Virus record (IMG/VR): IMGVR_UViG_3300032303_001287
Coordinates: 1 to 35,176 of that record
Source: a virus
Taxonomy: Duplodnaviria > Caudoviricetes
Reading direction: 5' to 3' (one strand)
Length of the DNA: 35,176 bases
This document shows positions 8,481 to 21,100 of this stretch, piece by piece (positions within the stretch are counted from its first letter, which is position 1; every line of letters begins with the position of its first letter). The notes under the pieces were generated by a model that saw only the letters and a list, made by a program, of their open reading frames with translations, did no database searches and had not been told where the DNA came from. The translations under genes and the position numbers were made by a program.

Positions 8481-9932
8481 TTATGCCTCCCTTACAAACC
8501 AAAGATCCCCGTTTGAGCCTTGTCCAGCAGTAGGTGCCACTGTTTCTACATATCTAGCTCCTGCCACTGTGTTACCGGTTGAACCGGCATCTGCTGTGAT
8601 AGCGTCTCCACCCCATCTCTTGATAGATTCTGCAACTTGTCCTATCGAAGGAGCATTGGCATTGGATGTATCTGATGTGGCAATATTAGAACCAACTGAG
8701 CTTAATGTCAGTGATGTTACTTTTAAATTTCCTGCTGCTGTGGTTTTTAACGCTTTGGTATTTTTATTGGCATCACCATCTGCTGTCAAATCATCAAATC
8801 TAATAATTTGTGAGTATGTGGTGTTGGATTTTCCTGATTTCCAATATCCTAGTGCTGTATCATAAAATAATCGAGCTTCTACTCCACTGTTCTGTTCTAC
8901 TATAATACCGCCGTCTACGTTGGTGTTGTTGCCTTCATTAACTCCTATGAAAGCATCCACGTAGGTGGAAACGTCCACAGATGATTTGTCATATGAACCA
9001 GATATTGTTAAATTTCCCGTGATTGTAACGTCACCTGTTAGTGCTATGTTACCTGTGGATCCTGTGATGGCAATTGGAGTTTTTGTAACTCCTCCATCGT
9101 TGATTTGAACTGATAGATTGCCATCTTCTGAAACATTGGCAATTGTAGAATTAATGTCTGAAACTGTTAATCTTAGATCGGATCCCACACCCACTAATAA
9201 TCCTGTGTCAGCAGCAATTGTGATTGCACCTGTGGTGGTCTGAGCAGCATCTTTTCTCATGAAATTTCCACCAGCAATCACTGTGCCTGACGAATTTGAA
9301 GTTCCAGAGATGTTGAGGAATTGTGCAGTTGTGGTTGTGCCTGCAAACTGAGCACCTAGAGTAGAATTTAGAGTTATTCCTGCTGATATGGTTGCAAATC
9401 CTGTGATGGTAGTGCCTGGTGTGAAACCTTCTGCACTTAATATTGCCACTCGAGTGTTGCCTGAATACATGGAAGCAATCACTTTGCTGACTGCTGAATC
9501 ATTTGTAACAGTTTCAATTTTAAATCCTGATAGTGTCTGTCCTGATGTGTAAACCGGTCCTGCTAATATCCATGCTGAACCTGTATAAAAATACAATTGT
9601 GAATTGCTGCTGTCCATCCAAAGATCACCTGCTGATGGTGATGTGGGTGCTGATGCTTGTGATTTGGCTCCACCTGTGGGTTTAAAACTGGTGCCATCAT
9701 AAACTTTTAATTGATTAACTGTGGTATCAAACCAAACTTCACCTTTTAATGGAGATGTGGGTGCTGATGTGGATGCTGAGTTTTCTAATAATTTAACTAA
9801 ATCTTCGTTTAATAATTCTCCAAATCCTGAGTAACTCTTTCCAAAAAGCGTTAATGAAGTGGTGTTATCAATGGTTCCGTCAGTGATTGTGGTTACTGCT
9901 GTTCCGTCTGTTTTGTTTACAATGTACGCCAT
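8481..9932 (-). CDS. Tail fibre protein (paralog 2, no chaperone domain)
   Basis: Same conserved N-terminal ~200 aa as 4352 and 9957; ends in VETVAPTAGQGSNGDLWFVREA, a fibre-type GDLW motif. Confidence 0.8.
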   Translation of the reverse strand: MAYIVNKTDGTAVTTITDGTIDNTTSLTLFGKSYSGFGELLNEDLVKLLENSASTSAPTSPLKGEVWFDTTVNQLKVYDGTSFKPTGGAKSQASAPTSPSAGDLWMDSSNSQLYFYTGSAWILAGPVYTSGQTLSGFKIETVTNDSAVSKVIASMYSGNTRVAILSAEGFTPGTTITGFATISAGITLNSTLGAQFAGTTTTAQFLNISGTSNSSGTVIAGGNFMRKDAAQTTTGAITIAADTGLLVGVGSDLRLTVSDINSTIANVSEDGNLSVQINDGGVTKTPIAITGSTGNIALTGDVTITGNLTISGSYDKSSVDVSTYVDAFIGVNEGNNTNVDGGIIVEQNSGVEARLFYDTALGYWKSGKSNTTYSQIIRFDDLTADGDANKNTKALKTTAAGNLKVTSLTLSSVGSNIATSDTSNANAPSIGQVAESIKRWGGDAITADAGSTGNTVAGARYVETVAPTAGQGSNGDLWFVREA

Positions 9933-9937
9933 GCTGT

Positions 9938-9945
9938 TATTTATT
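9938..9945 (-). promoter_or_regulatory. T4-like late promoter variant AATAAATA
   Basis: Intergenic, 7/8 match to TATAAATA, 5 nt upstream of the ATG at 9932. Confidence 0.5.
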
Positions 9946-9956
9946 GCTTTCCTATA

Positions 9957-11435
9957 TTATAAAACTATGCACTCAATCAAGTTAATTGCATCAGAATCTT
10001 CATTATTTTCCAATGCTATTGCAAAAACTTTATCTTTGAAATTAGCATCCACTCTTCTTGCTGTTCCATTATTATCGGCTATTAATTCATCACCTTTTGC
10101 AATGAAACCATTTACTCGTACTTTAACTTTACCTTTTAGAGCAATTGGCTGACCTTTGCCTGTGGAATTCATTAGATATGCTGGATTTTCTGATACAACA
10201 CCTATCGCTCTTTTCCCAAAAGAGCTGGCAGTGACTTCTCGGCTTCCTCCAACCATTACTACTGTGCCCACAGCATAGTCATCATCTGTCTCATAATTTT
10301 CTGCTAAGTCAGCGTATTGAGCTGATGTGGCTTTGGCGTAAACTGTGTTATATCCAAAAGAAGTTGTGCCTAAATTGTAAGTGGCATCTACAGATGGCCT
10401 AATGGTTTGAGTTATTGCAGTACCTGTTAATGTTAAAGATGAAAAAGATCCTGTTGTTCCTGTTACACTGCCTGTTAATGGTCCTGCAAAAGTAGTAGCA
10501 GTAACCGTACCAGACACATCTAATGCTGTGGTTGGAGAGGCTGTGCCTATACCAATCCTGCCGGTTGCACCATCAATGGTCATCACTGTGGTGGCAACTC
10601 CGCCGTCATTGACAATAAATTGTATATCTTTATCTTGCACTGTATTCTGTATAGTGGCTGCCACAGGATTGGTTGCAGCATCATTTGTAATATAAAATTT
10701 AAAATCAGTGGCTGTACCGATAGTTAGACCAGAGGTACTGCTGATAGTCAAAGGACCTGCTGCAGTGGCAGTGGTGTCACTTCTAAGATAATTTGCAGCA
10801 GAAACTCCTCCCAGAGCATCTGCATTGGTGGCTGTGCCAGCAAATTTTACTCCTAGGGATGAATTTAATGTGATACCTTTTGTGATCGAGGCAAATCCCG
10901 TGATACCTGCCTGAGGTGTGAATGTGTTCTTGCTGATGATAGCAATTCTATCTCCATCACTGTAAAGATTGATTATGTTCTGATTAGCAGGCGCAGTATC
11001 TGTTACGGTTTCATAAGTGAAACCTTGAGTGGTTCCTGTGCTGCTGGGTGGTCCCACTAGCACGTTCGATGTTCCATTGTAGAAATAAAGTTGTGCTGTG
11101 TCTGAATCTATCCAAAGATCTCCTTGTGTTTGACTGGTAGGGGTAGCAGATTGATATCTAGCTCCTCCTAGTGGATTGAATGAGCTGCCATTGTAAACCT
11201 TTAATCTGCCTTCGGATTCATCAAACCATAATTGACCCTTTATGGGTTTGGATGGTGCTGAGGTGTTGGAAAAATTTTCTAGCAGATGTAGGAAATTTTC
11301 TGCCACAATTTCTCCGTAACCTGCATAGCCTTTTCCAATAAAAGATATATCGGTCTGTGTGTTCAGTATGGAATCTTGCACAGTATAACTGTTGGGAGTT
11401 GCTGATGAATTGGTCTTGTTTACTGTGTAGGCCAT
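9957..11435 (-). CDS. Tail fibre protein with C-terminal peptidase G2-like chaperone domain (paralog 1)
   Basis: Conserved N-terminus; GRIGIGTASPTTALDVSG fibre motif; C-terminal AQYADLAENY...GVVSENPAYLMN...IALKGKVKVRV.G.IAKGD. Confidence 0.8.
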   Translation of the reverse strand: MAYTVNKTNSSATPNSYTVQDSILNTQTDISFIGKGYAGYGEIVAENFLHLLENFSNTSAPSKPIKGQLWFDESEGRLKVYNGSSFNPLGGARYQSATPTSQTQGDLWIDSDTAQLYFYNGTSNVLVGPPSSTGTTQGFTYETVTDTAPANQNIINLYSDGDRIAIISKNTFTPQAGITGFASITKGITLNSSLGVKFAGTATNADALGGVSAANYLRSDTTATAAGPLTISSTSGLTIGTATDFKFYITNDAATNPVAATIQNTVQDKDIQFIVNDGGVATTVMTIDGATGRIGIGTASPTTALDVSGTVTATTFAGPLTGSVTGTTGSFSSLTLTGTAITQTIRPSVDATYNLGTTSFGYNTVYAKATSAQYADLAENYETDDDYAVGTVVMVGGSREVTASSFGKRAIGVVSENPAYLMNSTGKGQPIALKGKVKVRVNGFIAKGDELIADNNGTARRVDANFKDKVFAIALENNEDSDAINLIECIVL

Positions 11436-11440
11436 TTATT

Positions 11441-12097
11441 TTACTCCGTAAATGTTGTCAGTGACTGTATTCTTAAAGTATAATCAATCTGTATTAATCT
11501 GTTTAAACTTTTTTGCACAGGATGGAATATCACATGTGTTATTAATTTGTTAGTGGTTCCATTCTCTGTGCCTTCCCAAGATTTTAATCCCAGTTCATCA
11601 AACACATAATCGCCATTGAAATCTGTTGTGTTATCAAATGCAGATTGTCCTGTGGGTTCACCGTAATCCAGTGTACAAGTCACCACTATGTCGGTATACT
11701 TGTTACCAGCAGTATGACGAATTTCCATTTTATTTCTTGTGGTGTCTTTGTTGGTGGCTGAGTTATCATCCACTACTTTATAATAAGTTTGATTGTACAG
11801 TGATGCATTGCTGCCTGTGGTGTTTGGTGTTAGATATGTGATAATACCTGTGGGGTCCACTGAAGTACCACCGTTACCGAATGCCATCTCATGTACGAAT
11901 CCTGTGCTCTTGTTTGCAAGACTGTTAGCCAGTGCAATACTCATGTTTTCATAATGTATTGCATTTCTTTTATCCACAATAACTTCACCTGTGATAGGAT
12001 CCCATATCTTGATATGACCCTCTACTTTAATACCTGTGTTGTCCTGTGGCTTTTTATCTTCTTGTTTCATGTTTTCGTTATTTGTTGGTTCTGTCAT
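11441..12097 (-). CDS. Baseplate/tail-collar fibre-attachment protein
   Basis: Track ORF 11441..12121; likely start is 12097 (or 12070). GHIKIWD...DKRNAIH, MAFGNGG, FDELGL and LITHVIFHPVQKS...IDYTLRI resemble tail-collar (DUF3751-like) baseplate proteins. Confidence 0.65.
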   Translation of the reverse strand: MTEPTNNENMKQEDKKPQDNTGIKVEGHIKIWDPITGEVIVDKRNAIHYENMSIALANSLANKSTGFVHEMAFGNGGTSVDPTGIITYLTPNTTGSNASLYNQTYYKVVDDNSATNKDTTRNKMEIRHTAGNKYTDIVVTCTLDYGEPTGQSAFDNTTDFNGDYVFDELGLKSWEGTENGTTNKLITHVIFHPVQKSLNRLIQIDYTLRIQSLTTFTE

Positions 12098-12104
12098 TGC
12101 GTTG

Positions 12105-12112
12105 TATTTATT
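12105..12112 (-). promoter_or_regulatory. T4-like late promoter variant AATAAATA overlapping the stop of the giant gene
   Basis: 7/8 match, 7 nt upstream of the ATG at 12097. Confidence 0.45.
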
Positions 12113-15100
12113 CAGGTGCATTTGTTGGTTCTCCTGCTATGAATTTAGCTTGGTTAGTTGTTGATTTTTGCAGTCCTTTACCGTTGGATGGATTACCATC
12201 TGCTGCTGTATACCATACTTGTCCTCGTTTTTGTATCACTTTTACCTGTGTGCCTGCTGCTGGTGCTGTGGTTAAAGTCACACTAGACGTGCTGCCGTCC
12301 ACTGAATAGTTAACTGTGCTGCCATCTTCACTCATATAAGGCAGTCTGCGACCACCCACAAAAACATCCAACTCATACACCGAGCTCGCTGCTAAACTGG
12401 TAGAGAATGTGGCAGTGCTGCCATCTGCTGTGTTGGTTTTGGTATAGATTGTGTCAGCATAGGGCACAGTTTGTTGTCCTGATGAATCAGTCACCGCTGT
12501 ACCACTGGCATAAGATCGAATACCTGTGCCCAGTGTACCTCTTCTCAAATTAGAAAGAGTATTGCCGGATTTGTAAAAATATTCAATTCTTTCTCGGTCT
12601 ATGAATATCACTCCTGGCAATGCTGTGCTGCCATCTACTGGACTTAATCGACTGCCATCTGTCACTGTGATTGATGTGGCATCTTCTGTGAGAGCTGCTG
12701 CCAATGTAGTAGTGTTGCTCATGCTGATTCTCTTGTAGAATGTTCTGTTCAACATGTCTTTGAATATGCGGAAACCTGTAGAATTTATTGCACTTTCCAC
12801 AGCAAAATACATCACATCTAATCGATCTGCGGTAGTGATAGTTTTGCCTGACACTGTTATTTTATTACCTATGAGTGTGAAATCAAATCCTTGTGTTAGA
12901 GCACTGCCATTTAAATAAACGAACACATAGTCACTGTTTAGTGGTGTAAATCTTAGATAGAATTCTCCAGACGCTCTGCCTTCTAACACTTCTCTTCTTT
13001 GATTCATTCCCACAGCATTGTTAAATGTTGTGGCAGTTAGTGTGTCACCTGCAGTTAAAGTTATACCATCTGAGGCTAACTGAGCAGGTTTTAATACAAT
13101 GTCATTGCTTTCATTGTAGTATTGATTATCTACTAGTGTGGATATAGCAATGATATCTGTGTTGGTAGGTGGTGTTACGAATTCCACAGTCTGTGCTGCG
13201 ATATTCACTGTGTAATCTGTGTAAAGATATTTTTTAGTTCCATTCACATACACTTCCACTTGACTGTCTGCAGTGATAGTTTTTGCAGGATCTATTGTGC
13301 TGTCCTCTGATAGTCCTGCAACCACTCCATAAGAATAAGTGCTGCCATCTCCAAGATAATAACTATTATCGGGACCTCGTAAAATTTTGCCGTTTAATTC
13401 TAACAGAGTCAATCCAGAGAATGGACCTATAGATCCTGCAGGATATGTTAGAGTGTATCTGTTGGTGCTGCCATCATAACTGATCTGTTGAGATCTAATT
13501 TCTGCGTAGGCTCTGCCACTGCCACTGGCTTGATTGAATGCTGCTATCTGAACGGATTTGCCTGCTGCTGGAGGATTTAATGTAGATCCATCTCCGGTAT
13601 GGAAGGTCACTGTTACTAATTTGTTTACAACAGTATATGTATAATTTGTTGTGGGTACACCATCCACAGTAACATACAGTTGGCTGCCGGCGCTGTCTAA
13701 TTGAAATGTTTCTCTAGCAGATGTTGAGAACGAAGACGTGGATCCGTCTCCAGTAAAATTATTCAACACTATGTAATTGCTGCCTGATATCGCAAAACTT
13801 TTGATAGATATCTTGCTGTTGACAGCAGGCGCTGATGTAAACGTTATTGTTTTATTCAGTGTGTCCACTGTGTAATCTGTAGTGATGTCTTTGGTTGCTT
13901 CATTCACTGAAACTATCACTGATGCTTGAGTTCCTGGTATTTGTCCAATGCTGTAAGTTGCAGTTGATCCATTGCCGATATAATTTTTGTTTATGATAAA
14001 TGGCACTCCAGATTCTGGTGAGGTGTAAACTTTAATATCCACTGTGTCAAACATAGATCCTGGCACATTCTCTTCTGGAGCGTAACTGGTTTCTGGTGTT
14101 ACAAATCCATCACCTTCTAATATAATATCACTTGGTGCTACTCCCAACACAGAACCAAATAATCCTCCACTAACTAGTGAATCCAGTGTTCTATCATCTG
14201 TGGGTGTCAATACTCGATCATCATCAAATGGTATAAATTCTATCTTATCACCGTTGCCCACCACTGAACTGTCATCTGGTATCACTGTGAATGTTTTGGT
14301 AGAACCATCACCCCTAAACACTAGAGAAGTTTGTCTCTCTCCATTGATGTAGACTGTGTAAACATCTGTGATTAAAGGAGCAGTGTCAAATGTGAATGCA
14401 GTGGAGCTGCCATCTCCATAGAAAATTTTAATTCTGCTGGTTCCATAATTGTCCCATGGATTATTGTACCATGGCGATCTATCCCAACCTTGATCATTAG
14501 AGAATGCCAATCCTGTGACCATGACTCCACCGTAATCCACTCCTGTCATGACCTGCGACAATTCATTTCCTGGCATGCCTGATGCTGGTGTATATAATCC
14601 TAGTGTTCTCTCTGCTGCCGTGATATAAGTCTCGTCTCCTCTTAATTTAATAAGTTTTGTCAATCCATTAGCAAAGTCTTCTGTGCTGGTGAAAGGTGTA
14701 ATGACTTTATATAATTCATTCTCATATCTAATTAGATCATTGTAAGCGTAGGTTGTGCCTGCTGCCCAAACCAACACTGTGGCTGTGGACTGCACTCGGT
14801 CAAATTTAATTGTGGTAGTGATATCTCTCACAAGATCGTTCCTTAGATTAGCATAACCTTTTGCTGCATCTGCAGGAGTTGTACCACCTGCTGCTCCACC
14901 TGTTATCACTACACGAGGTGTGGCTGTGTAGTTGCTGCCTGGTGTTAATACTTGTATTCTCACAACTGAACCTCCACTGATTATTGCTCGAGCAGTGGCT
15001 TGTGTGGTATCTGTGGCAGAATATACTGTGTATCCTGTGGGTCTATCTGTGACAGCAGTGTTCTGCCCTGTAGTTGGCATGTAGAATTCTACACCAGCAT

Positions 15101-18100
15101 ATTCATTGAAAGTAAACAGAGAGCTGGATCCTGATCCACCTGCTTTACTGTCTGCTAGGTCAGCATCTGCTTTGGCTGTGTATAATGGATAGTAATATCC
15201 TGACTGTCCTGATGTGGTGCCACTGTTGCTCTGTCCCAAAACTGCAAAAGGTCCCACTGTGCCAGTAGTGCCACCCACTAAAGTAATTGTGGGAGCAGTG
15301 ATATAACCGCTGCCTCCTTTTGTAACTGTGATAGTATTTACATATTTTTTATAGTTGTCTTTCCAAAAACGATATGGGTATGTGGCCATGATTGCTGTGT
15401 CTGCATCCACATCTACATTTCTAATCTCTGTGCCATCATAGAACGCTGGAAGATCAAAGTCTGTGTTGATACCATCTTCGGTGTCTACTCCTGTGTAGCC
15501 TAATTTGTATTCTCTTATTTTGGTGTGAAAAGGTTTAACTTCATTAATATAGCTCTCTACATAATTGTCTGTGCCTACTCGATAGGTTTTTCTTTGATCT
15601 AATGGTCTTAGGCTATTGGTAACATTTATGAATGATGTTTTACTCATCCAATCCACATACAATTGTTCTTCCAACACTTTCCTTAATCCTGTGAAGAATA
15701 TGTTGTTGTATTCCACTACAAGATTACCCACAAATATATCGTCTCTCAGCGCTGTTAATATTTTTCGTGTCTCTGTGGTTGGGGCTTGATCAAAGAAATT
15801 GCCATCAAATGTGTCTGCTCCATCAAATCCTGTACTGTTGATTGTGTAATCATACAGTGTTTTACTCAATTGTATGGTGCCATTTTGTGTGGCCACATTA
15901 ATGAAACCATCTGTGGTTCTTTGGAATATTTTCCATCCGCCGGTGTCGGCCTGCAGTACTTTTACATGTTTGCCCACAGCAAGACTTAGTGTGTCCAATT
16001 CATATTGATAGGTCACTTGCTGATCGATCACTGTGTTCTCATCGTGTGTGCTATCATACCAATCTGCTAGACTGTAATAAGCACTGGTCTTGTATGTTTG
16101 CACTTTCGTTCTATTCCATTCTGTACCTGTCCAATTGTATATGGCCCAGAAACCTCGACTGTTCTCTTCGTCACTATGTATTAAAACGTTAGTTGTTCCG
16201 CTGATATCTCTAGTGTCAATATATGTTAAATCAGCATAGGTGTCCACTGCGCTGTCCCATTCTCCTGATGCTGCTGTGGGTTCTGGATCTGAGGAATTTA
16301 AATTGGTATAACTGATAGTGTTGGCCAATTGATTGGCTTTTAATACACTGTTTGTATAATCTACAATCTCTTTTAGAGCAGCAAATCTATCCACATACCA
16401 ACTCTGTCTAGGTCTGACATTGTTTCCGTATCGTTGGTTCAATGGTAAATTTAGATCTGGCACTTCATTGCCCTGAGCATCCAGTCCTATCAAACTGTCC
16501 CACCATTTTTTCTCCATTCTCTCATTGGGTCTATCATCTTTGTCCCCTTCTCTGATCAATTTCCAGATAACATGCTGATCTGCATCATTGTCATTGTTTC
16601 GATAATTCACATTCAACACTGTGTTATCATTGATTATACTATTCTTAACATTGACAGTTATCAAAGAATTGGTGTCTGATACTGTGAAATATTTGATGCC
16701 TGATGCTGAAGGATTTGTGATAATGTTAGCGATATAGGCTGTGGTGTTTTTCCTTGTGGTCACACTCTTATTAAGAGCTGGTAAGAATACAGAATTCTTC
16801 ACCCAATAGTAATAAACATTAATGAAACTGTCAGATTTAGAATCATACTTCTGTTTGACAGTGAACACTGTGTTGTCTGGGTGCAGCGGCGTGCCAGATA
16901 TTTTCTGTGCTAGTCCTCCTGTAGTATCTGCTCTAGCATTCCAATCCGATGGCAACAGTGTGGATGATACCCACTCATATATGTCCACAGAAGCTCCTGG
17001 GAATAGATTACCCCAATTTTTAGTTTTGTATTCTTGATTGTTTTGTTCATACCAAAGCCATCTCACTGAACTCATGTCCCACCAAACTTCTCCTATATGC
17101 TCATCACCCCAGGCTGTGTTACCGCTGACAGTTTTTCCTGCCGTGCCCACATTGTATATGGCTGGATCCCATTCAGTTTTGTAATTGATTTCTCTGTCTG
17201 CTATGCCTAATATCCTGCCTTTGATCGGATCATAATAATCTAAATAATCAATTATTTTATTCACTGCTGAATCAAATATAAAAGCTGATTCTATTTTTCT
17301 ATCATCTATGAGAGCAGTTTCCGAAACCAACTCTCTCCATGCATAAGATCCTGCCGTTTTAAGATCAAACACTGTTACTGAACCATCATTGGTCCTATAT
17401 GTGCTGCCATCATCTTCCAGTGTGTCATCGTCGGGAGCACCTACAAACACTGCGTTGTTTGTGACATATACTCCTTTGCCAAAATTATCATTGGTGCTGA
17501 CACTGTTGGTTACTAATTTGTCATCAATAACAAATTGAGTATCGTATTTGGTTGCCGTGAACACACCACCCGATCCTATGTTGAGATCCACTATACGAGT
17601 ATCTTGTAGATCAAATGTGGTTGTACCATTGTCAAATCTTATTGCTCTTTTGTTGGAATATTTTTCTGCACCTATCACCAATCTATTGGCTGTGGCATTT
17701 AATTGCAACGATGATCCAAATCTCATATTGGTATCTGCTTCTGGTGCTGATATAGTTTGTTGCAGTGTGAATGTGTTGGTTGATGCATCTGCATTCCATT
17801 TGTAGATATAAACTGCTCCTGCATCATCCTGCTCTCCGTTGTCCAATCCAGGTGCTGATATCGCTAGAGTGGTGCCATCTTTACTCATGGTCAGAGCATC
17901 TCCAAATGCAGTATTAGCAGTGCTGCCATCTGCGCTCACTCCTTTGATAGTTTGTCTATAGGTGAAAAAATGTTGACTGCTGCCATCATTGATTACACTG
18001 TTTCTTGTGAATATTTCTACCTGTCCTGCTGTGCCAGGAGATATTGAACTGATCGCCAATATATCTCCACTGTCGTTGATTGCAATTCTATGTCCAAATC

Positions 18101-21100
18101 TTTTGCCTGATCCAGAATCATTGCTGGTTATGGATTTTTCTTGATACCATGTATTTGTTGTGCTGCCATCCACTGTAGGTATCCAGCTGTACATGTACAC
18201 TATGCCTGTGTCACTGCTGTATCCAGGCGCTGATACAAAAAGATATTTAGGTTTTGTGTTTCTTGTGCTCAGCTCTGTGAGTTCTGCCATGGCATGTGCC
18301 CAACCAAAATTTAAACCTGTTAATACAGTACTGTCATCGGCCACGGGGGGAACAATTGTGTTTAATAATCCATAGGTATTGGCTGTGTCATCCCACACAA
18401 ATACTTTGATCAATCCCACGTCTGAGTTTCTTGTGCTGCCATCCAATGCTAGATTGTTATTGTAAGGTGCGCCGGCTATTACAAAATTTTCATCAGTGCT
18501 GATGCTTAAACTTTCTCCCAATCGTGCAGTGTCATCGTTGTTGTCGGTCATTGTGACGCTGCTGTTTATTGTGTATGCCGTGCCTGCTGTGTTCTCTCTC
18601 CTAGCAAAGAAATGTATGGTTCCTTGTCCTTTGGTGGGTGCAGATACAATCAAAGTTCTGTCATCATTACGTGCCACTATTGAGTAGCCAAAGTCTTGAT
18701 TGCTGGTGGTATCTGGCGATTCTAATAATCTTGTCTCATAAGGATCCACTTTTTCATAGATCTTCCACAATTTTGTTGAGTTGTCTGCAAATACTCTATC
18801 ACCGTTGGTTTCTATGGTTTCATCAGCATCTCTGTAATCTCTGTAGGATAATCTATCATTGACGTTGTTCATTGTGGCCAATCTCACACTGACAAATTTA
18901 TAAACATTTCCGTAGGTTTCCAGTGTGGATCCATCTGCCAGCGTTGTGCCTGTGATAGTTGTTATTATATTTGCTCTATCGAAATCAAAAATTATACTGT
19001 TATCTGCCGATGACATGGCCACTTGATATACTGCATTTAGAGTATCATATTGGCTGTTGACTATGCTGAAATAATCATTTTTTTGGAATGAGTGTGTTCC
19101 TGTAAAAGTAATTTCCAATTGCGTATTATTGTTTATGGCAGTAATACTAGTAATCCTTAATCCGGTGTTGGAAACTCTTTGCACGTCCCAATCGTTGTTG
19201 TCTTTTTTGGCAATCCATACTAGATCGTTTGTGGTCAATTGAGTAACATCAAGATTTAATAGTTCTGATTCATTGAATGCAGTGTGTTGCACATCTGCTA
19301 ATCTTGGAAAACCTGCTGTTTTAAATTTCTGTACCATCTCTCGGTCAAATCCTGCAAGGCTATAATCATATCTAGAAAAAGTTTCTGCTGCTGTGTATTC
19401 TATTGGCTTTTGGTACAGTGCTTCTTTGACCACTGTGGCTGATTTTATCCAGTTGGCATCATCAGTGGCATTGTCCAGTATCTCAATGCTCTGAATGTTG
19501 CTGGTGAATTGCTCATCTGGCATGCGTATTTGTACAGCTTTATGACCATCCACGTTGCCGAACTCACCAGTTTTGATCATCCATTCTGGATAAACATTTA
19601 AACTGATATCTTCATCATAGAATTTGGCTTTGACCAGTTTATCGATAGCATTTAATGTGCCTTTTTCTCTGATAAACCCTTGATAGAATTTGTATTGACT
19701 GATATCATTGACAAATAAATTTTCTAAATAGTCTCTGGATTGATATCCTGTGAGATGCTGTGCTAATTTCTGTTGTCCTTCATCAAAATTGTTGCTCTCT
19801 AGATTATAAAAATCATTGAATTGAGATATTTTATAATCAAAATTTGGTATTAATTGTGCAGCTGGTTTGTTATCTTTTTTCTTCCAATTGTCAGAAACGA
19901 AAGTGTTGCCGGAATTATGATTGTTTTTTGACACATAGAATCGAGCATTGTATTCCACTGTGTCGCCAATTTGATAATCGGTGTTGGCTGTCCAAATATT
20001 TACTCGAGCTTCGTCAAATATAAATCCTGGAGAATAATAATCACCATTCCAGTCACCGGTTTTCCATCCTATTAATTTTAATCTTTGTTGACGGAATCCT
20101 GTGCCCAATTGTAATAGAATATCTGAGAACACTGTGGCATTATCAAATATTAGCACGTGTTCTTTCTGTATAGCATTGAATGAAGCATTATAGATACCAA
20201 TTTCTGGATTCTTACTCTGAATTTCAAATGTGGTTCCAACTCTCTTAGTTGATATTAATTTCTTATCTATGGTTCTACCACCTGAATCCAATACTGTGTA
20301 TTCACCTTGTAAATTTTGTAATCTACCTATAACACTGTCTGTAGTGTTGAGTTGAAATGCTGCCGCTCCTGGACTTAGTGTAATTGCTGAACCCAACGCC
20401 CAACCTTGTCGAGTCCAATACAGAAATTCTCGAGCTGACATCTCCCAGTTGGCAGTTTCTTGTAATTCATTAGAGAAATTATCAAAAACAAATCCTTCTG
20501 ACTCTAAATATTTTCCATATCCTACTAAGAAATCCACCACTGATTGCACATCTTTGAACACTGTGCCATAGGTAACAACTTTTTCTGTGTCTTTCCAATT
20601 TTTATAAATTGTGGCTCTGGCATTGCCAGCTTCTACAGTATAACTGTTGCCGTTCTTGGATGGTTCAAAAACTTTGAAATATGGTCTTATAGTGTTGTAT
20701 CCAATTACTTTATACCCACCTTCTAATGTGCTGCCATCATTGGTGGTGTTGGGATTTAATTCTACCAGCACTCCTGAATATTCAAAAGTTTTTATAGGAT
20801 TGCTGGATCTAAATAAAATTTTGTAGTTTTCAGTTGGAATGAATTGAGAACCTGATGTGGATCCTGGACTGATGCTATCTGTTAATATTTTTAAATTTTG
20901 TTTGTCTGTGAATCCACCCAATTTATAGATCAATTGCACATTAAGATTCTTCATCTTGTCATAGAAGAACACTGCTGGATCTAATCCATTTTTTATAAGA
21001 TAATTCACTATCCACGGTTGATATCCTGCTGTGGCATAACGAGTAACTGCTCCTGTAACTGTATCGGTCACGGTCTCCAAATGATATTTCACTGACCTTA

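Noticed and set aside
4352-11435. Diversity-generating retroelement or invertible fibre switch
   Set aside because: No reverse transcriptase, invertase, near-identical TR/VR pair or inverted repeats seen; the paralogs are diverged at the DNA level.
12285-20740. GTGCTGCCATC 11-mer as a CRISPR repeat or Chi-like DNA signal
   Set aside because: Irregular spacing, always in the same reading frame of one gene, and synonymous variants exist; better explained at the peptide level.
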